Assembly: GCA_034670305.1 (NCBI GenBank)
Contig: JAXMNT010000007.1
Coordinates: forward strand, 32,001 to 96,000
DNA from: Deltaproteobacteria bacterium
GTDB lineage: Bacteria; Myxococcota_A; Polyangia; Polyangiales; Houyiibacteriaceae
Direction: 5' to 3'
DNA length: 64,000 nucleotides
Within the stretch, counting starts at the first letter, position 1. Each line of letters starts with the position of its first letter. The notes under the pieces are model-generated. The model had not been told where the DNA came from. It searched no databases and was given only the letters and a program-made list of their open reading frames with translations. The position numbers were made by a program, and so were the translations under genes. Positions 38,355-48,446 of this stretch are shown piece by piece.

Positions 38355-38549
38355 TCCGCTCCCTTGGGTCGTCCGGCGCCACCTTGGGCGGAACCGCTGT
38401 GCCTCACGCTGGGCCACCCCTGCACGCTTGGCGAAGAAAGGAACTGTTCCGCATCGTGCCATCGACCGGCACACTTTCACCAGAAAAGTCGCCAGCCCGG
38501 TCTCAATCGCACCGCTTGACCCAACTCGGCCGCGTGCTTCTCTCAGGGC

Positions 38550-41500
38550 ATGCCAGGGCGTGCATCGCAAGGGGACCAGGGCCGATGGGCCATCTGGATC
38601 GACCGCGGCGGCACGTTCACCGATTGTGTCATGCGGCACTCGGGAACCGGCCAAGTGCTCGTATCCAAAGTGCTTTCTGGTCCTCGGTCCGCGCTCGAGG
38701 CGGTCCGTTGCGCCCTCGGCCGGTCCGCCTCCGAAGCACTTCCCCAAGCCGACTGGAGGTTGGGCACCACGGTCGCCACCAACGCACTGCTCGAGCGCCA
38801 GGGCGCGCGGACTGTGCTGATTTCGAACACTGGTTTGGGCGATCTGCTGCGCCTCGATGACCAGACTCGGCCTTCGCTCTTCGCGCTCGGGGTCGCTCGG
38901 CCGGTCCCTCTGGCCATCGCGCGCGAGGTCTCGGGGCGGCTCGACGCAGGTGGCCACGAGCTCGAGCCGCTGGACGAGGGCGCGGCCGAGGCTCTGTTCC
39001 GAGGGTTGGCGGCCGAAGGGGTCGAGGCGTTGGCCATCGCGCTGCTGCACAGCACCAAGAACCCCGATCACGAACGTGCGCTGGCCGAGGTCGCCGCCCC
39101 GTTCTTCGACACGGTGGTCTGCAGCCATGAAGTCTCCGGGGCGCGTGGCCTCTTGGCGCGGGCACAGACCGCCGCCCTCGACGCCTACCTCACACCGGTC
39201 CTCCAGCGCAGCCTTCACACGCTCCGGCGCGAAATTCCGGACTCCGAACTCCTCCTGATGCAGTCCAGTGGAGACCTCCTCGAGTCCGCGCAACTGCGGG
39301 GACGAAACGCGGTGGGCAGCGGCCCTGCGGCAGGCGTCATCGCGTGCGCGGCCTGGCACGCCCGGGTCGGCCAGCCGATCCTGGGCTTCGACATGGGTGG
39401 CACGTCGACCGACGTGTGCCGGGTGGATGGCACGCTCGAACGAACCGACGAGATGTTCGTCGATGGCGTGAGGGTCCGTGCGCCCGCCCTTCAGCTACAC
39501 ACGATCGCGGCAGGCGGTGGATCGATCTGCGAGATCGCAGCGGGCCGGTACTTGGTGGGTCCCCGGAGCGCGGGCGCGGATCCGGGCCCGCTGTGCTACG
39601 GGCGGGCTGGCGCGGGCCACCCGACGCTGACCGACGCGGCGGTCACGCTCGGACTGATCCCGGAGGGTGCGCTCCCAATCCCGATCGACCGGGCGCGGGC
39701 CCGGGCTGGATTCGAATCGCTCGATCCCAACCGCACCCCCGAAGCGTGTGCCGCGGGCTTTGTGCGGGTGGCGGTGGAGACCATGGCGACCGCCATCGAG
39801 GTCGTCTCGACGGCGCGCGGTCACGACCCTCGGGATCACGCGCTGCTGAGCTTCGGAGGCGCCGGCGGTCAGTACGCCTGTGCGATCGCAGAGCGCCTTG
39901 GGATCCGGAGGGTCGTCCTTCCGCCGTTCGCGGGGGTGTTCTCTGCGTGGGGCATGGGGGTGGCGTCGGTGGGTCGGCACGCAGAGCTCGGATGCGAAGG
40001 GGTGCTCGACGCCCCGCACCTGCAGCGCGTCAGAGACGCGGTCGCCACACTCGAGCGGACACTCGACTCGGATGCGGAGACGGCACCGGCGGACACCACG
40101 ACGTACCTGGCGCTGCGGCTCGCCGGCATGGAGCAGGCGCTCGAGGTCCCGTTCTCCCGGGAGGATTCGTTGGCTGAGGTGCTCGGCAAGTTCGGCGCGG
40201 TGCACCGGGCTCATTTCGGGTACGAAAACGAAGGCACAGTGCACGCGTCCCATGTGCGTGCGCACCGCCTCGAGCGCCAGGGCGGAACCGCGTTCGACGC
40301 AGCCGTGGGGCTTGGCGAGGCGCGGTCGGGCGATGCGCCCACACCGCGGCGGGTTCGCCGGTTCATGGGCGGCGCCTGGCGGGAAATCGATTGCGTCGCT
40401 CGCCAAGACGTTCGCGGTGGAGAGAACGGACCGCTCGTGGTGCTCGACGCGACCAGCACCTGTGTGGTCGACGAAGGCTGGCGGACCCGCCGGGAGGGTG
40501 GGCTGCTCGTACTCGAACGCGTTTCCGCGGGCGAGTCTCCGACCGTGTCTCCGACCGTCCCTCGCGACGCCTCGATCGTGGATCCCGTGTCGTTGGCCGT
40601 GATGACGGAACAGTTCAAAAGCATCGCGGACCGGATGGGGGTGCGGCTGCAACGCACCGCGTCCAGCGCCAACATGCGAGACCGGTTGGACTTCTCCTGC
40701 GCGATTTTCGATCGCGCCGGGCAACTGATCGCCAACGCGCCCCACATCCCGGTGCATCTCGGTGCGATGGGGGAGAGCGTGCGTGCGGTCCTGCGCAGGC
40801 ACCCCACGATGCGACCGGGCGATGCCTTCGCCACGAACGACCCCCGCGAAGGTGGCTCGCATCTGCCGGACATCACCGTCGTGATGCCGGTGTTCGGCGC
40901 GGGCGACGATCACCCCCGCTTCTTTGTCGGATGCAGGGGACACCACGCGGACATCGGTGGTGTCGAACCAGGATCGATGCCCGCCAGCAGTGGTCGCCTG
41001 AGCGAAGAAGGCGTGTTGATCGACTGCGTCCCGCTGGTGCGGGAGGGGGCGTTTCAGACCGCGCAGATCCTCCGCGCACTCTCCGAGGGCCCGTACCCCG
41101 CCCGCCAGCCAAACGAGAACCTGGCCGACCTCCGCGCGCAGGTGGCTGCGTGCCACCTTGGCGTCGAGTTGCTGCTCGCCACCTGCGACCGACACAGCGC
41201 CGCGTTCGTCGAACGCTACATGGGCTTTGCGTGCGACGAGGCCGAACGCGCGGTGCGTCGCAAGGTAGGCGCGATGCCCGATGGCACGCATACGTTCTCG
41301 GATCGACTGGACGACGGAACCGTCCTGCAGGTTCGGGTCGACATCGAGGGCGAGCAGCTGCGCATCGACTTCGCAGGGACGAGCGCACGGCATGCGGGCA
41401 ACCTCAACGCGCCACGTGCGGTGACGCGCGCCTGCGTGCTCTTCGTGCTGCGGGCGCTGCTTGGCGAGAGCCACGCCCCGCTGAACGATGGGTTCCTGCG

Positions 41501-42143
41501 GTCGGTCGAACTGCACGTCCCGCCTGGCTCGGTGCTGGATCCATTCGTGGCCGCGGGTGCCGCCCCGCCACGGTCCGAGGAGGCCGCCGCGGTCGCCGCG
41601 GGCAACGTGGAGACCAGCCAGCGGGTGGTCGATGTGCTTTTCGGCGCGCTCGGCTTGGCCGCCGCTGGGCAGGGCACCATGAACAATCTGACCCTCGGCA
41701 ACGAGGGGTTCGGGTACTACGAGACCATCGCAGGGGGCGCCGGTGCCGGTGACGGATTCGAAGGTCCCTCCGGGGTCCAAGTGCACATGACCAACTCGCG
41801 CATCACCGATCCAGAAGTCGTCGAGTCCCGTTTCCCGCTTCGGGTGCGGGTGTTCCGTCTTCGGACCGGGTCGGGCGGCGAAGGCCGCCACCACGGAGGA
41901 GACGGCGTGGTGCGTGAACTCGAGGCGTTGGTGCCGTTGCGTGGCTCGGTGCTCACGGAGCGTCGCCGGGTCGGCCCGTTCGGCCTGGCGGGCGGCGCCG
42001 CAGGGCTGGCAGGCATCAACACCGTGGTGCACGCCGACGGTTCGGAGACCCGGCTCGCAGGACACGCTCGCTTTCTTCTGGAACCTGGAGAGCGCATTCG
42101 GATCGAGACGCCGGGCGGCGGTGGGTTCGGCCCCTGTGAATGA
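38550..42143 (+). CDS. Fused hydantoinase A/B / 5-oxoprolinase (ATP-hydrolysing)
   Basis: IDRGGTFTD, GTTVATNALLERQG, FDMGGTSTDV, AAGGGSI, SAGADPGP, RLDFSCA, GGSHLPD, QGTMNN, TPGGGGFG. Confidence 0.92.
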   Translation: MPGRASQGDQGRWAIWIDRGGTFTDCVMRHSGTGQVLVSKVLSGPRSALEAVRCALGRSASEALPQADWRLGTTVATNALLERQGARTVLISNTGLGDLLRLDDQTRPSLFALGVARPVPLAIAREVSGRLDAGGHELEPLDEGAAEALFRGLAAEGVEALAIALLHSTKNPDHERALAEVAAPFFDTVVCSHEVSGARGLLARAQTAALDAYLTPVLQRSLHTLRREIPDSELLLMQSSGDLLESAQLRGRNAVGSGPAAGVIACAAWHARVGQPILGFDMGGTSTDVCRVDGTLERTDEMFVDGVRVRAPALQLHTIAAGGGSICEIAAGRYLVGPRSAGADPGPLCYGRAGAGHPTLTDAAVTLGLIPEGALPIPIDRARARAGFESLDPNRTPEACAAGFVRVAVETMATAIEVVSTARGHDPRDHALLSFGGAGGQYACAIAERLGIRRVVLPPFAGVFSAWGMGVASVGRHAELGCEGVLDAPHLQRVRDAVATLERTLDSDAETAPADTTTYLALRLAGMEQALEVPFSREDSLAEVLGKFGAVHRAHFGYENEGTVHASHVRAHRLERQGGTAFDAAVGLGEARSGDAPTPRRVRRFMGGAWREIDCVARQDVRGGENGPLVVLDATSTCVVDEGWRTRREGGLLVLERVSAGESPTVSPTVPRDASIVDPVSLAVMTEQFKSIADRMGVRLQRTASSANMRDRLDFSCAIFDRAGQLIANAPHIPVHLGAMGESVRAVLRRHPTMRPGDAFATNDPREGGSHLPDITVVMPVFGAGDDHPRFFVGCRGHHADIGGVEPGSMPASSGRLSEEGVLIDCVPLVREGAFQTAQILRALSEGPYPARQPNENLADLRAQVAACHLGVELLLATCDRHSAAFVERYMGFACDEAERAVRRKVGAMPDGTHTFSDRLDDGTVLQVRVDIEGEQLRIDFAGTSARHAGNLNAPRAVTRACVLFVLRALLGESHAPLNDGFLRSVELHVPPGSVLDPFVAAGAAPPRSEEAAAVAAGNVETSQRVVDVLFGALGLAAAGQGTMNNLTLGNEGFGYYETIAGGAGAGDGFEGPSGVQVHMTNSRITDPEVVESRFPLRVRVFRLRTGSGGEGRHHGGDGVVRELEALVPLRGSVLTERRRVGPFGLAGGAAGLAGINTVVHADGSETRLAGHARFLLEPGERIRIETPGGGGFGPCE

Positions 42144-42146
42144 TCT

Positions 42147-42683
42147 TTGCGGCGGTTGGCCGTGAGTCCGTTCGAGCGGCTCCGGCGCACCATCGTCCAC
42201 CGCATCCTGGGTGTGGGCGACACCCCCCGCCGCATCGCATGGGGCATGTTCCTCGGAACGATGGTCGGTTTCACGCCGACGCTCGGATTCCAGATCATGA
42301 TCTACCTCGCGCTCGCCACGTTGCTGCGGGCCAACAAGATCAGCGGCATCCCGATTCTGTTCATCAGCAACCCGCTCACGGCGGTCCCGCTGTACTGGTC
42401 GTGCTGGCGGGTCGGCGCGTGGGTCCTCGGCACCCACGTCGATCGCGAAGATGTCCACCTCGAGGACCGGCTGGCACACGCGGAATCAGAGGCGGCCGAG
42501 ACCGACCTCTGGACCGACTTGTGGACCGAGCAGTTCTGGACCGATCTGTGGCAGACCTTCCTGGAGATGGGGCAGGAGATGTGGATGGGCTCGTTGGTGC
42601 TCGGTCTGACCTGCGCGGTGCCGCTGTCCCTGCTGACGTACTGGGGCGTGCGTGTGTACCGTCGCGCCCGAGGCCCGGGCTAG
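42147..42683 (+). CDS. DUF2062-like membrane protein
   Basis: DTPRRIAWGMFLG..GFTP..GFQ, ISNPLT..PLY. Start is 42147 or GTG 42162. Confidence 0.75.
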   Translation: MRRLAVSPFERLRRTIVHRILGVGDTPRRIAWGMFLGTMVGFTPTLGFQIMIYLALATLLRANKISGIPILFISNPLTAVPLYWSCWRVGAWVLGTHVDREDVHLEDRLAHAESEAAETDLWTDLWTEQFWTDLWQTFLEMGQEMWMGSLVLGLTCAVPLSLLTYWGVRVYRRARGPG

Positions 42684-43639
42684 ACGAGCGGGAGCCGATC
42701 CCAGAGTTCGGCCGGGACGCGTTGCACCACGTCGGCGTGCAGCTCCAGCCGCTGCAGGGTGGGGTGGTCTGCCAGGTGCGCGAGCGAGGGGAGGTCCACG
42801 TGCATGTGCATGAACCGGAGGTGGGTCAGCCTGGACGCTCGGAACACCGCCAAGTCGACCGGTGCGTCACCCTTCACCCAGTCGATGTGGAGCGATCGCA
42901 GGTCCGGCAGCGCCGCCAACGCATCCAGGTCGGCTCGGGTGAGCGCGGTGTACCGGGTGCAGAGGATCTCGTGCACGCCCTTCAGCGGCATGATCCGTGC
43001 GGCGCTCAACCCGGCGTCGAAGCCCACCCGGCGCGCGCCCGCCAGCCCGCCGGTGTTCAGCGACGACACGCCGCTGATCCCGACCGACCAACAGGACGCC
43101 GGCAGTCGAAGTCCCGTGGTGTCGAGTGTGCCGATCTCGAGAAACGCGAGTTCACCGAGCGCGTTCAGTTCCCCGACGTGGTTCAAACCGAGGACCTCGG
43201 TCGCGTTGCAAACCACGAGCTGTTCGAGTCTCGGAAACGCGGTCGCGACCTGTGCCAGATCGACGGCCCCTCCATACCCCCGCATCCAGAGCCGTCGTGT
43301 GCGGCGGATCGGCCCGGCCACCCTCGACTCCGCTGGCGCGGCACCGAGCAGGGCGCAGAGCGCTGGCATCCGGATGCGCATGTCGGAGTGGGCACCTTCG
43401 AACAGAGCATTCGGATGAAGTTCTGGAACCGAGGTGCCGATCGCGAGCACCTCCCGCTGACGGGGCGAGAGCCGGGGCACGTTGTCCTTCGGACGCAGCA
43501 CCCGGACTCCGGCGAGCAGGTCGTCGAAGAGGGCTGGGTCGCCGGTGGCGGCGCAGAGCGCGACCGCCTGCAGGTTGGTCTCCGGGACCAGCACCCGCAG
43601 CAACCCAGACAGCTTCTCCACCCGTGACCTGCTCACCAA
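42680..43639 (-). CDS. Hypothetical protein with LRR-like repeats
   Basis: Recurring LxxLxL motifs (PRLEQLVV, LPDLRSLHI, LTHLRF, LQRLEL). Confidence 0.5.
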   Translation of the reverse strand: MVSRSRVEKLSGLLRVLVPETNLQAVALCAATGDPALFDDLLAGVRVLRPKDNVPRLSPRQREVLAIGTSVPELHPNALFEGAHSDMRIRMPALCALLGAAPAESRVAGPIRRTRRLWMRGYGGAVDLAQVATAFPRLEQLVVCNATEVLGLNHVGELNALGELAFLEIGTLDTTGLRLPASCWSVGISGVSSLNTGGLAGARRVGFDAGLSAARIMPLKGVHEILCTRYTALTRADLDALAALPDLRSLHIDWVKGDAPVDLAVFRASRLTHLRFMHMHVDLPSLAHLADHPTLQRLELHADVVQRVPAELWDRLPLV

Positions 43640-43714
43640 GACCGCAGACCACGACGCGCGGGCGACGTCAATCCGTGGTCGCTGGTTGGCTCGGACGCGT
43701 CGCCGTGGGGCCGG

Positions 43715-45508
43715 TCAGCTGCCGCCTCGATCCTCGGTGTTCACGCTGCTGGGCCAGTAGCCGCTGGTGAGTGGCTCGCTCTCTGCGGTGGCGTGGCCTC
43801 CGTCCGGGCCAAAGCCCTCGACGATCTTCTTGAGCTCCTCACGGCTCGGCCGCGCGGGCGCAGGCGCGGCGCCGGGCTTCGCCATCGCTTCGATGTGCAG
43901 GGTCTGGGTCGGGAACGCGAACGACACGCCGATTCGATCCGCCAGCCGCATGATCTCGAGGAAGACGTTCTGGCGCTGCGCCAGCTCTTCGGTCCAGCTC
44001 GGCACCTCGAAGAAGAAGTAGAGCAGCACTTCGAGCGCGCTCTCGCCGAAGTTCCGGAAGTGCACTTCGTACGAGTCCTGTCGCACCTTGGGGTTGGCCT
44101 GAAGAATGGCGCGCACGCCTTCGACGAACGCCTGCATCTGGTCGGGGCTCGTGTCGTAGGTCAGCCCGAGCGTGACCATGCAGCGGCGGTACTTGCGGTG
44201 CCCGTAGTTGTCGATGGCGGCGTTGGCCACGATCGAGTTGGGGACCGTGATGAGCGAATCGTAGAACGTGCGGATGCGGGTCGAGCGCATGCCGACTTCT
44301 TCGATGATGCCCTCGTGGCCGTCGACCGTGACCCAGTCCCCGATCTGAAACGGCTGGTCGGCGAAGATGGACACGCTGCCGAAGAGGTTGGCGACCGTGT
44401 CCTTCGCGGCCAGCGTGAACGCGAGACCACCAAGCGAGACACCCGCGAGCAGCGAGCCGACGTCCACGTCGAGGTTCTGCAGAACGAAGATGATGCCGAC
44501 CACGGCCACGAAGACTTTGAGCGTCTTGCGGATGAGCGGAACGATTTGATCGTCGAACTTCGACTCGGTCTTCTCCGCGCGTTTGGCGAAGATGTCGGCG
44601 CCGAAGTCCACCAGTCGGTAGAGCACCAACACCGCCGCGGAAGCGGCGATCACCCGGATCGCGATGGTGCCGATCTGGTTGACCCGGACCCCGAACCGCA
44701 GAAGCGGCAACGCCCACCAAAGCACTCCGGCCATGGCGAGGGTGCCCAGCGGGTTCGCGGTCCGGCGCAAGACCTCCGGGTCCCACTTCTGCTGGCGGCG
44801 CTTGAGCACGCGCGCGATCTGCGAGGACAAGATCCGCGCGAGCAGGAGCCGCACGAGCATGCCGAGGAGCAGTGCCGCCAAGATGCCGAGCAGCTGCCAC
44901 ACCGCCACCCCAGGCACGGGCATCGCCCGCATCCAGCCCGGAAACGACTCCACCATCGACTCGACATCGACACTGAAGGTGTCTGCGTGCAGGCCGTCGA
45001 TGGTCGCGATCGAGTGGGCGGAGATCAGCCACTCTTCGCCATCGCGCACCAGGTAGATCTCGGGCATGCGCGCATGCGGCCGAACCTTGCCGTCCTCGGT
45101 GACGTCGTCGCCCGGTTCGGCCACATCCGGGATCGAGTCGGGATCAACCATGTACCCGCGTTGGTCGAACACCGCTTGCAGCTGGCGCGCGAGGCGGTGT
45201 TTGCGATGGCGCTCCGTGATCCCGGCGCCGCTCCAGTCGAAACACGTCGCCGCATCCTCGGGTTCGTCGTGATCGGACTGCAGGTTGCCGAGCCAGGTGT
45301 TCACCGCGCGCCGGGGCGTCGAACAATCGACGGTCGGGGCTTGCGCGCTGCCGATGCCGGAGACGCCGACCAGGACGGTGGCCAGCAGCAGGGCGGGCCA
45401 TCGCCGGGCCCGAGGCCAGCACTGCGATTCCCGAGGCCAGCACTGCGACTCCCGAATCCAGCACCGCAAGTCGTAGACGAATGCACGCAAACCGAAGGAC
45501 GCGCGCAT
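43715..45508 (-). CDS. MscS-family mechanosensitive channel with a periplasmic N-terminal domain
   Basis: AKDTVANLFG, DQPFQIGDWV, EEVGMRSTRIRT, VPNS, FAFPTQTL. Start uncertain (45508 or 45526). Confidence 0.92.
   Translation of the reverse strand: MRASFGLRAFVYDLRCWIRESQCWPRESQCWPRARRWPALLLATVLVGVSGIGSAQAPTVDCSTPRRAVNTWLGNLQSDHDEPEDAATCFDWSGAGITERHRKHRLARQLQAVFDQRGYMVDPDSIPDVAEPGDDVTEDGKVRPHARMPEIYLVRDGEEWLISAHSIATIDGLHADTFSVDVESMVESFPGWMRAMPVPGVAVWQLLGILAALLLGMLVRLLLARILSSQIARVLKRRQQKWDPEVLRRTANPLGTLAMAGVLWWALPLLRFGVRVNQIGTIAIRVIAASAAVLVLYRLVDFGADIFAKRAEKTESKFDDQIVPLIRKTLKVFVAVVGIIFVLQNLDVDVGSLLAGVSLGGLAFTLAAKDTVANLFGSVSIFADQPFQIGDWVTVDGHEGIIEEVGMRSTRIRTFYDSLITVPNSIVANAAIDNYGHRKYRRCMVTLGLTYDTSPDQMQAFVEGVRAILQANPKVRQDSYEVHFRNFGESALEVLLYFFFEVPSWTEELAQRQNVFLEIMRLADRIGVSFAFPTQTLHIEAMAKPGAAPAPARPSREELKKIVEGFGPDGGHATAESEPLTSGYWPSSVNTEDRGGS
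45409..45470. repeat. 21-bp tandem repeat (about 3 units) at the 5' end of the MscS gene
   Basis: CCCGAGGCCAGCACTGCGA(T/C)T twice, plus a degenerate third unit. Confidence 0.8.
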
Positions 45509-45589
45509 GAAGTACCTTCCGTTCATGGGGCGGGGGTGCATCGGATCGCTTCCATCCGCAAGTGCGACGGTGTGGGAGGAGATCGTTCG

Positions 45590-46360
45590 ATGACGGTGAG
45601 AGTCGAGAGAGATGGCGCGGTCACGACGGTGATCCTCGCGCGTCAACACGTCCGCAACGCGGTCGACCGCGAAACCGCGGAGGCGCTCGCGGCGGCGTTT
45701 CGTGCATTCGAGGCGGACGAGTCGGCGCACGTCGCCGTGCTGCATGGTGAGGGTGGGACCTTCTGTTCGGGTGCCGATTTGAAGAAGTTTGCCGACGGGG
45801 ATCCGAACCGGGTCGAACTCGATGGGGACGGCCCCATGGGCCCCTCGAGAATGGCCCTCCGCAAACCGGTGATCGCGTCCATCGCAGGCCATGCGGTGGC
45901 GGGTGGGCTCGAGTTGGCGCTCTGGTGCGACCTGCGGGTGGCTGAAGAAGATGCGGTTCTCGGGGTCTTCTGCCGCCGGTGGGGGGTGCCACTCATCGAC
46001 GGGGGCACCATCCGGCTGCCCCGTCTGATCGGCCTGAGCCACGCGCTGGACCTGATCCTCACCGGCCGCGCTGTCGGGGCCGCAGAAGCGCTGTCGATGG
46101 GCCTGGTCAACCGTGTGGTGCCGCGGGGCGGGTCGCGTCAGGCGGCCGAGACGCTGGCTCGGCAAATCGCCGCGTTCCCCCAGGGATGTCTGCGCGCCGA
46201 TCGCGAGAGCGCGTATGGACAGCACGATCTCTCACTGGTGGACGCGCTCCGAGAGGAGACGCGCGGTGGCCTCGAGGTGCTGGAGGAAGCGGCCGCGGGC
46301 GCCGCGAAGTTTCGCGCGGGCGCTGGACGCCACGGGGTGTTCGAAGAGTTCGAAGAGTAG
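45590..46360 (+). CDS. Enoyl-CoA hydratase/crotonase family protein
   Basis: GGAGGA RBS; FCSGADL, GHAVAGGLELALWCDLR, GVPLIDGG. Confidence 0.92.
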   Translation: MTVRVERDGAVTTVILARQHVRNAVDRETAEALAAAFRAFEADESAHVAVLHGEGGTFCSGADLKKFADGDPNRVELDGDGPMGPSRMALRKPVIASIAGHAVAGGLELALWCDLRVAEEDAVLGVFCRRWGVPLIDGGTIRLPRLIGLSHALDLILTGRAVGAAEALSMGLVNRVVPRGGSRQAAETLARQIAAFPQGCLRADRESAYGQHDLSLVDALREETRGGLEVLEEAAAGAAKFRAGAGRHGVFEEFEE

Positions 46361-46392
46361 CCGCAGCGTTGGGCGAGGCGATGCGTCGGGGC

Positions 46393-47640
46393 TCAGGCCG
46401 CGCGACGAATGTCGACCGGCTCGAGCTCGGCTTCGAGCTCCACGTGGTCCGCCCGCGCGAGCTCGGCATCGGTGGGACGCAGGGGAATGAGCTGGGTGTT
46501 CTTGCCGAAGCGAAGTTTGCGTCCACGCCACACGACCGTGCGCGAGAAGATCGCGTTCACCCACAGGGGCAGCAGCATGAGGTCTTTGACCACGCTCAGC
46601 CACGCGTAACGGAGCGCCACCGGCTCGCGGGTCAGGCGGATCGCCATGTGATCCGCGAACGACTTGAGCACGATGAACCCACCGGCGACCGCACACACGA
46701 AGGGGTCGAACGCGCTCGTGACGATGGCCAGCGCCGAGAGCGCCACCGGGTTCGAGCCGAGGTCGGCGATGAAACCCGGCACGTGCAGCGTGATGCGCAT
46801 CTTCAGCCAGCGGCTGTGGCGCATCAAGAAGCGGTCCGGACCACAGTCGATGTTGACGTTCCACACGGGCGTCGGGGACAGCACGACCTTGCGGCCGAGC
46901 GCTTTGAATCGCTCGCCCATGACGAAGTCTTCGCAGAGCACGTCTCGCACACTGGCGAGGCCGCCGAGGTCGCGATCGAGCTCTGAACGCCGCAGGAGCA
47001 TGGACTTGCCACACACGCAGGTGACCTTCGCGGCTTCCAGCGCCAGACACATCGCCGGCCCGATGAACGCGCTGAGCTGGATGTTCTCGAGCGCCGCGCC
47101 GAGCGACTTCTCGCCGACCCCGATGACCACGCTCGTGAGCACCGAGGCATCCTCGGCGACAAACTCGCTCACGATGCGGGCGAGGTAGTCGTTGGGCACG
47201 CGTACGTTGGCGTCCGACTGATGCACCAGGTCGTAGCGGGCGGCGGCGAGGGCGCCGGCGAGGTTCGACACCTTGGGGTTCAGCCCGAAGCCGTCGTCCG
47301 AGAGCACGAACTGGACGGGCACCCGCGGGTAGCGCGCGGCGACCTTCTTGGCCACGGCGAGCGCTGGATCGAGACGGTCGGTGACCGCGAAGACGATCTC
47401 AAACGGACTCGGGTACCGCTGGAGGAAGAAACTCTCGAGGTTCTCCTCGAGTTCGTCCTCGAGCCCCTTCAACGGCTTCAACATGGAGACCGGCGGGAGG
47501 GCGGACTCGGCGCGCTTCGGCGTGCGGCGGGTGTGGCGCCACGTGGCGGCGATGGCGGCTCCGAACAGGAGCAGCGCGACCGCGGCGACCGCGAGGAGGG
47601 TGTAGGCCACGAGCACGTGGGTGGCGGTCAAAAGGAGCAT
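46393..47640 (-). CDS. Ceramide glucosyltransferase-like glycosyltransferase (HpnI/GT21)
   Basis: N-terminal TM, VSMLKPLKG, NPKVSNL, SDAN, EDF, RHSRW, C-terminal TMs and V.WRG. Confidence 0.85.
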   Translation of the reverse strand: MLLLTATHVLVAYTLLAVAAVALLLFGAAIAATWRHTRRTPKRAESALPPVSMLKPLKGLEDELEENLESFFLQRYPSPFEIVFAVTDRLDPALAVAKKVAARYPRVPVQFVLSDDGFGLNPKVSNLAGALAAARYDLVHQSDANVRVPNDYLARIVSEFVAEDASVLTSVVIGVGEKSLGAALENIQLSAFIGPAMCLALEAAKVTCVCGKSMLLRRSELDRDLGGLASVRDVLCEDFVMGERFKALGRKVVLSPTPVWNVNIDCGPDRFLMRHSRWLKMRITLHVPGFIADLGSNPVALSALAIVTSAFDPFVCAVAGGFIVLKSFADHMAIRLTREPVALRYAWLSVVKDLMLLPLWVNAIFSRTVVWRGRKLRFGKNTQLIPLRPTDAELARADHVELEAELEPVDIRRAA

Positions 47641-47692
47641 TCCCGGCGGACTATGTCATCGCCCCCCACGCCGGCAAACGTTTGGGTCGCCG

Positions 47693-47710
47693 GGTTACAA
47701 TTGGTTACAA
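47693..47710. promoter_or_regulatory. Direct repeat GGTTACAA-tt-GGTTACAA upstream of the glycosyltransferase
   Basis: 8-bp AT-rich repeat with a 10-bp period, just upstream of a minus-strand TTGCCG-16-CATAGT promoter-like sequence. Confidence 0.45.
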
Positions 47711-47762
47711 GCCTCGACAGACCCCTACTTTTGCGAGGGATTCGAGTCGGAGCGCATTCGGC

Positions 47763-48446
47763 TCAGCCGCAGCCACCCATGCAGACGTGGTGATCGCTTC
47801 GGCAGGCATCCACGCACGCGGAGCTGCGACCGCGGCACCGATGCACGCAGGTGTCCCAGCGGGGCAGGCAGACTTCGTTGCATGGGTTGGGTGCCGAGCC
47901 GGTGCCGATGCGTCGCAGGGCAGGGGCTCGAATCCGTTCGGGTTCGGCCACTTCAGCCTCCAACACGATCTCTCCATCGGTGGTGGTGCGCGCTTCGGTC
48001 CGCACCACCCGGACCTGAACCGGGGGATCGCCTTCGACGCCGGGGGTATCGTTCGTGCTCCGCGACTCGCCAATCTCGGTCTGCACTGGATCGGAGTCGA
48101 CGCCTTCGGTCTGCACCAAGCCGGCTTCGTCGGGCGAGGGGCCGTCCTCACCGAACGACGTGACGTCGAGGTCGGGCAGGGCGTCCACCCCTTCGCCCGC
48201 CTGGCAGGCGTCTCGCCTCGCCTCCGCATGGCGAACCCGTGGCGCCGGCTGTCCCGTGGCGTAGTGCTCGAGCCAGGCCTCCCAGCAGGCGGTTCGCTGT
48301 TCGAAAGTGCGCGCCGGGTCGAAGTCCGCGGCGTTGCATCGCTCGTAATACACGTTGCTCTGGTGCAACATGCGAGGGCTGGCGCCGCAGCCGATTCCGA
48401 CCAACGCGGCGCACCACAACGCCCCCACCACGCGTGAACCGACCAT
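47763..48446 (-). CDS. Cys-rich hypothetical lipoprotein
   Basis: Lipobox LVGIGC, Cys-containing helical region, acidic linker, four C-terminal Cx3C motifs. Confidence 0.7.
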   Translation of the reverse strand: MVGSRVVGALWCAALVGIGCGASPRMLHQSNVYYERCNAADFDPARTFEQRTACWEAWLEHYATGQPAPRVRHAEARRDACQAGEGVDALPDLDVTSFGEDGPSPDEAGLVQTEGVDSDPVQTEIGESRSTNDTPGVEGDPPVQVRVVRTEARTTTDGEIVLEAEVAEPERIRAPALRRIGTGSAPNPCNEVCLPRWDTCVHRCRGRSSACVDACRSDHHVCMGGCG

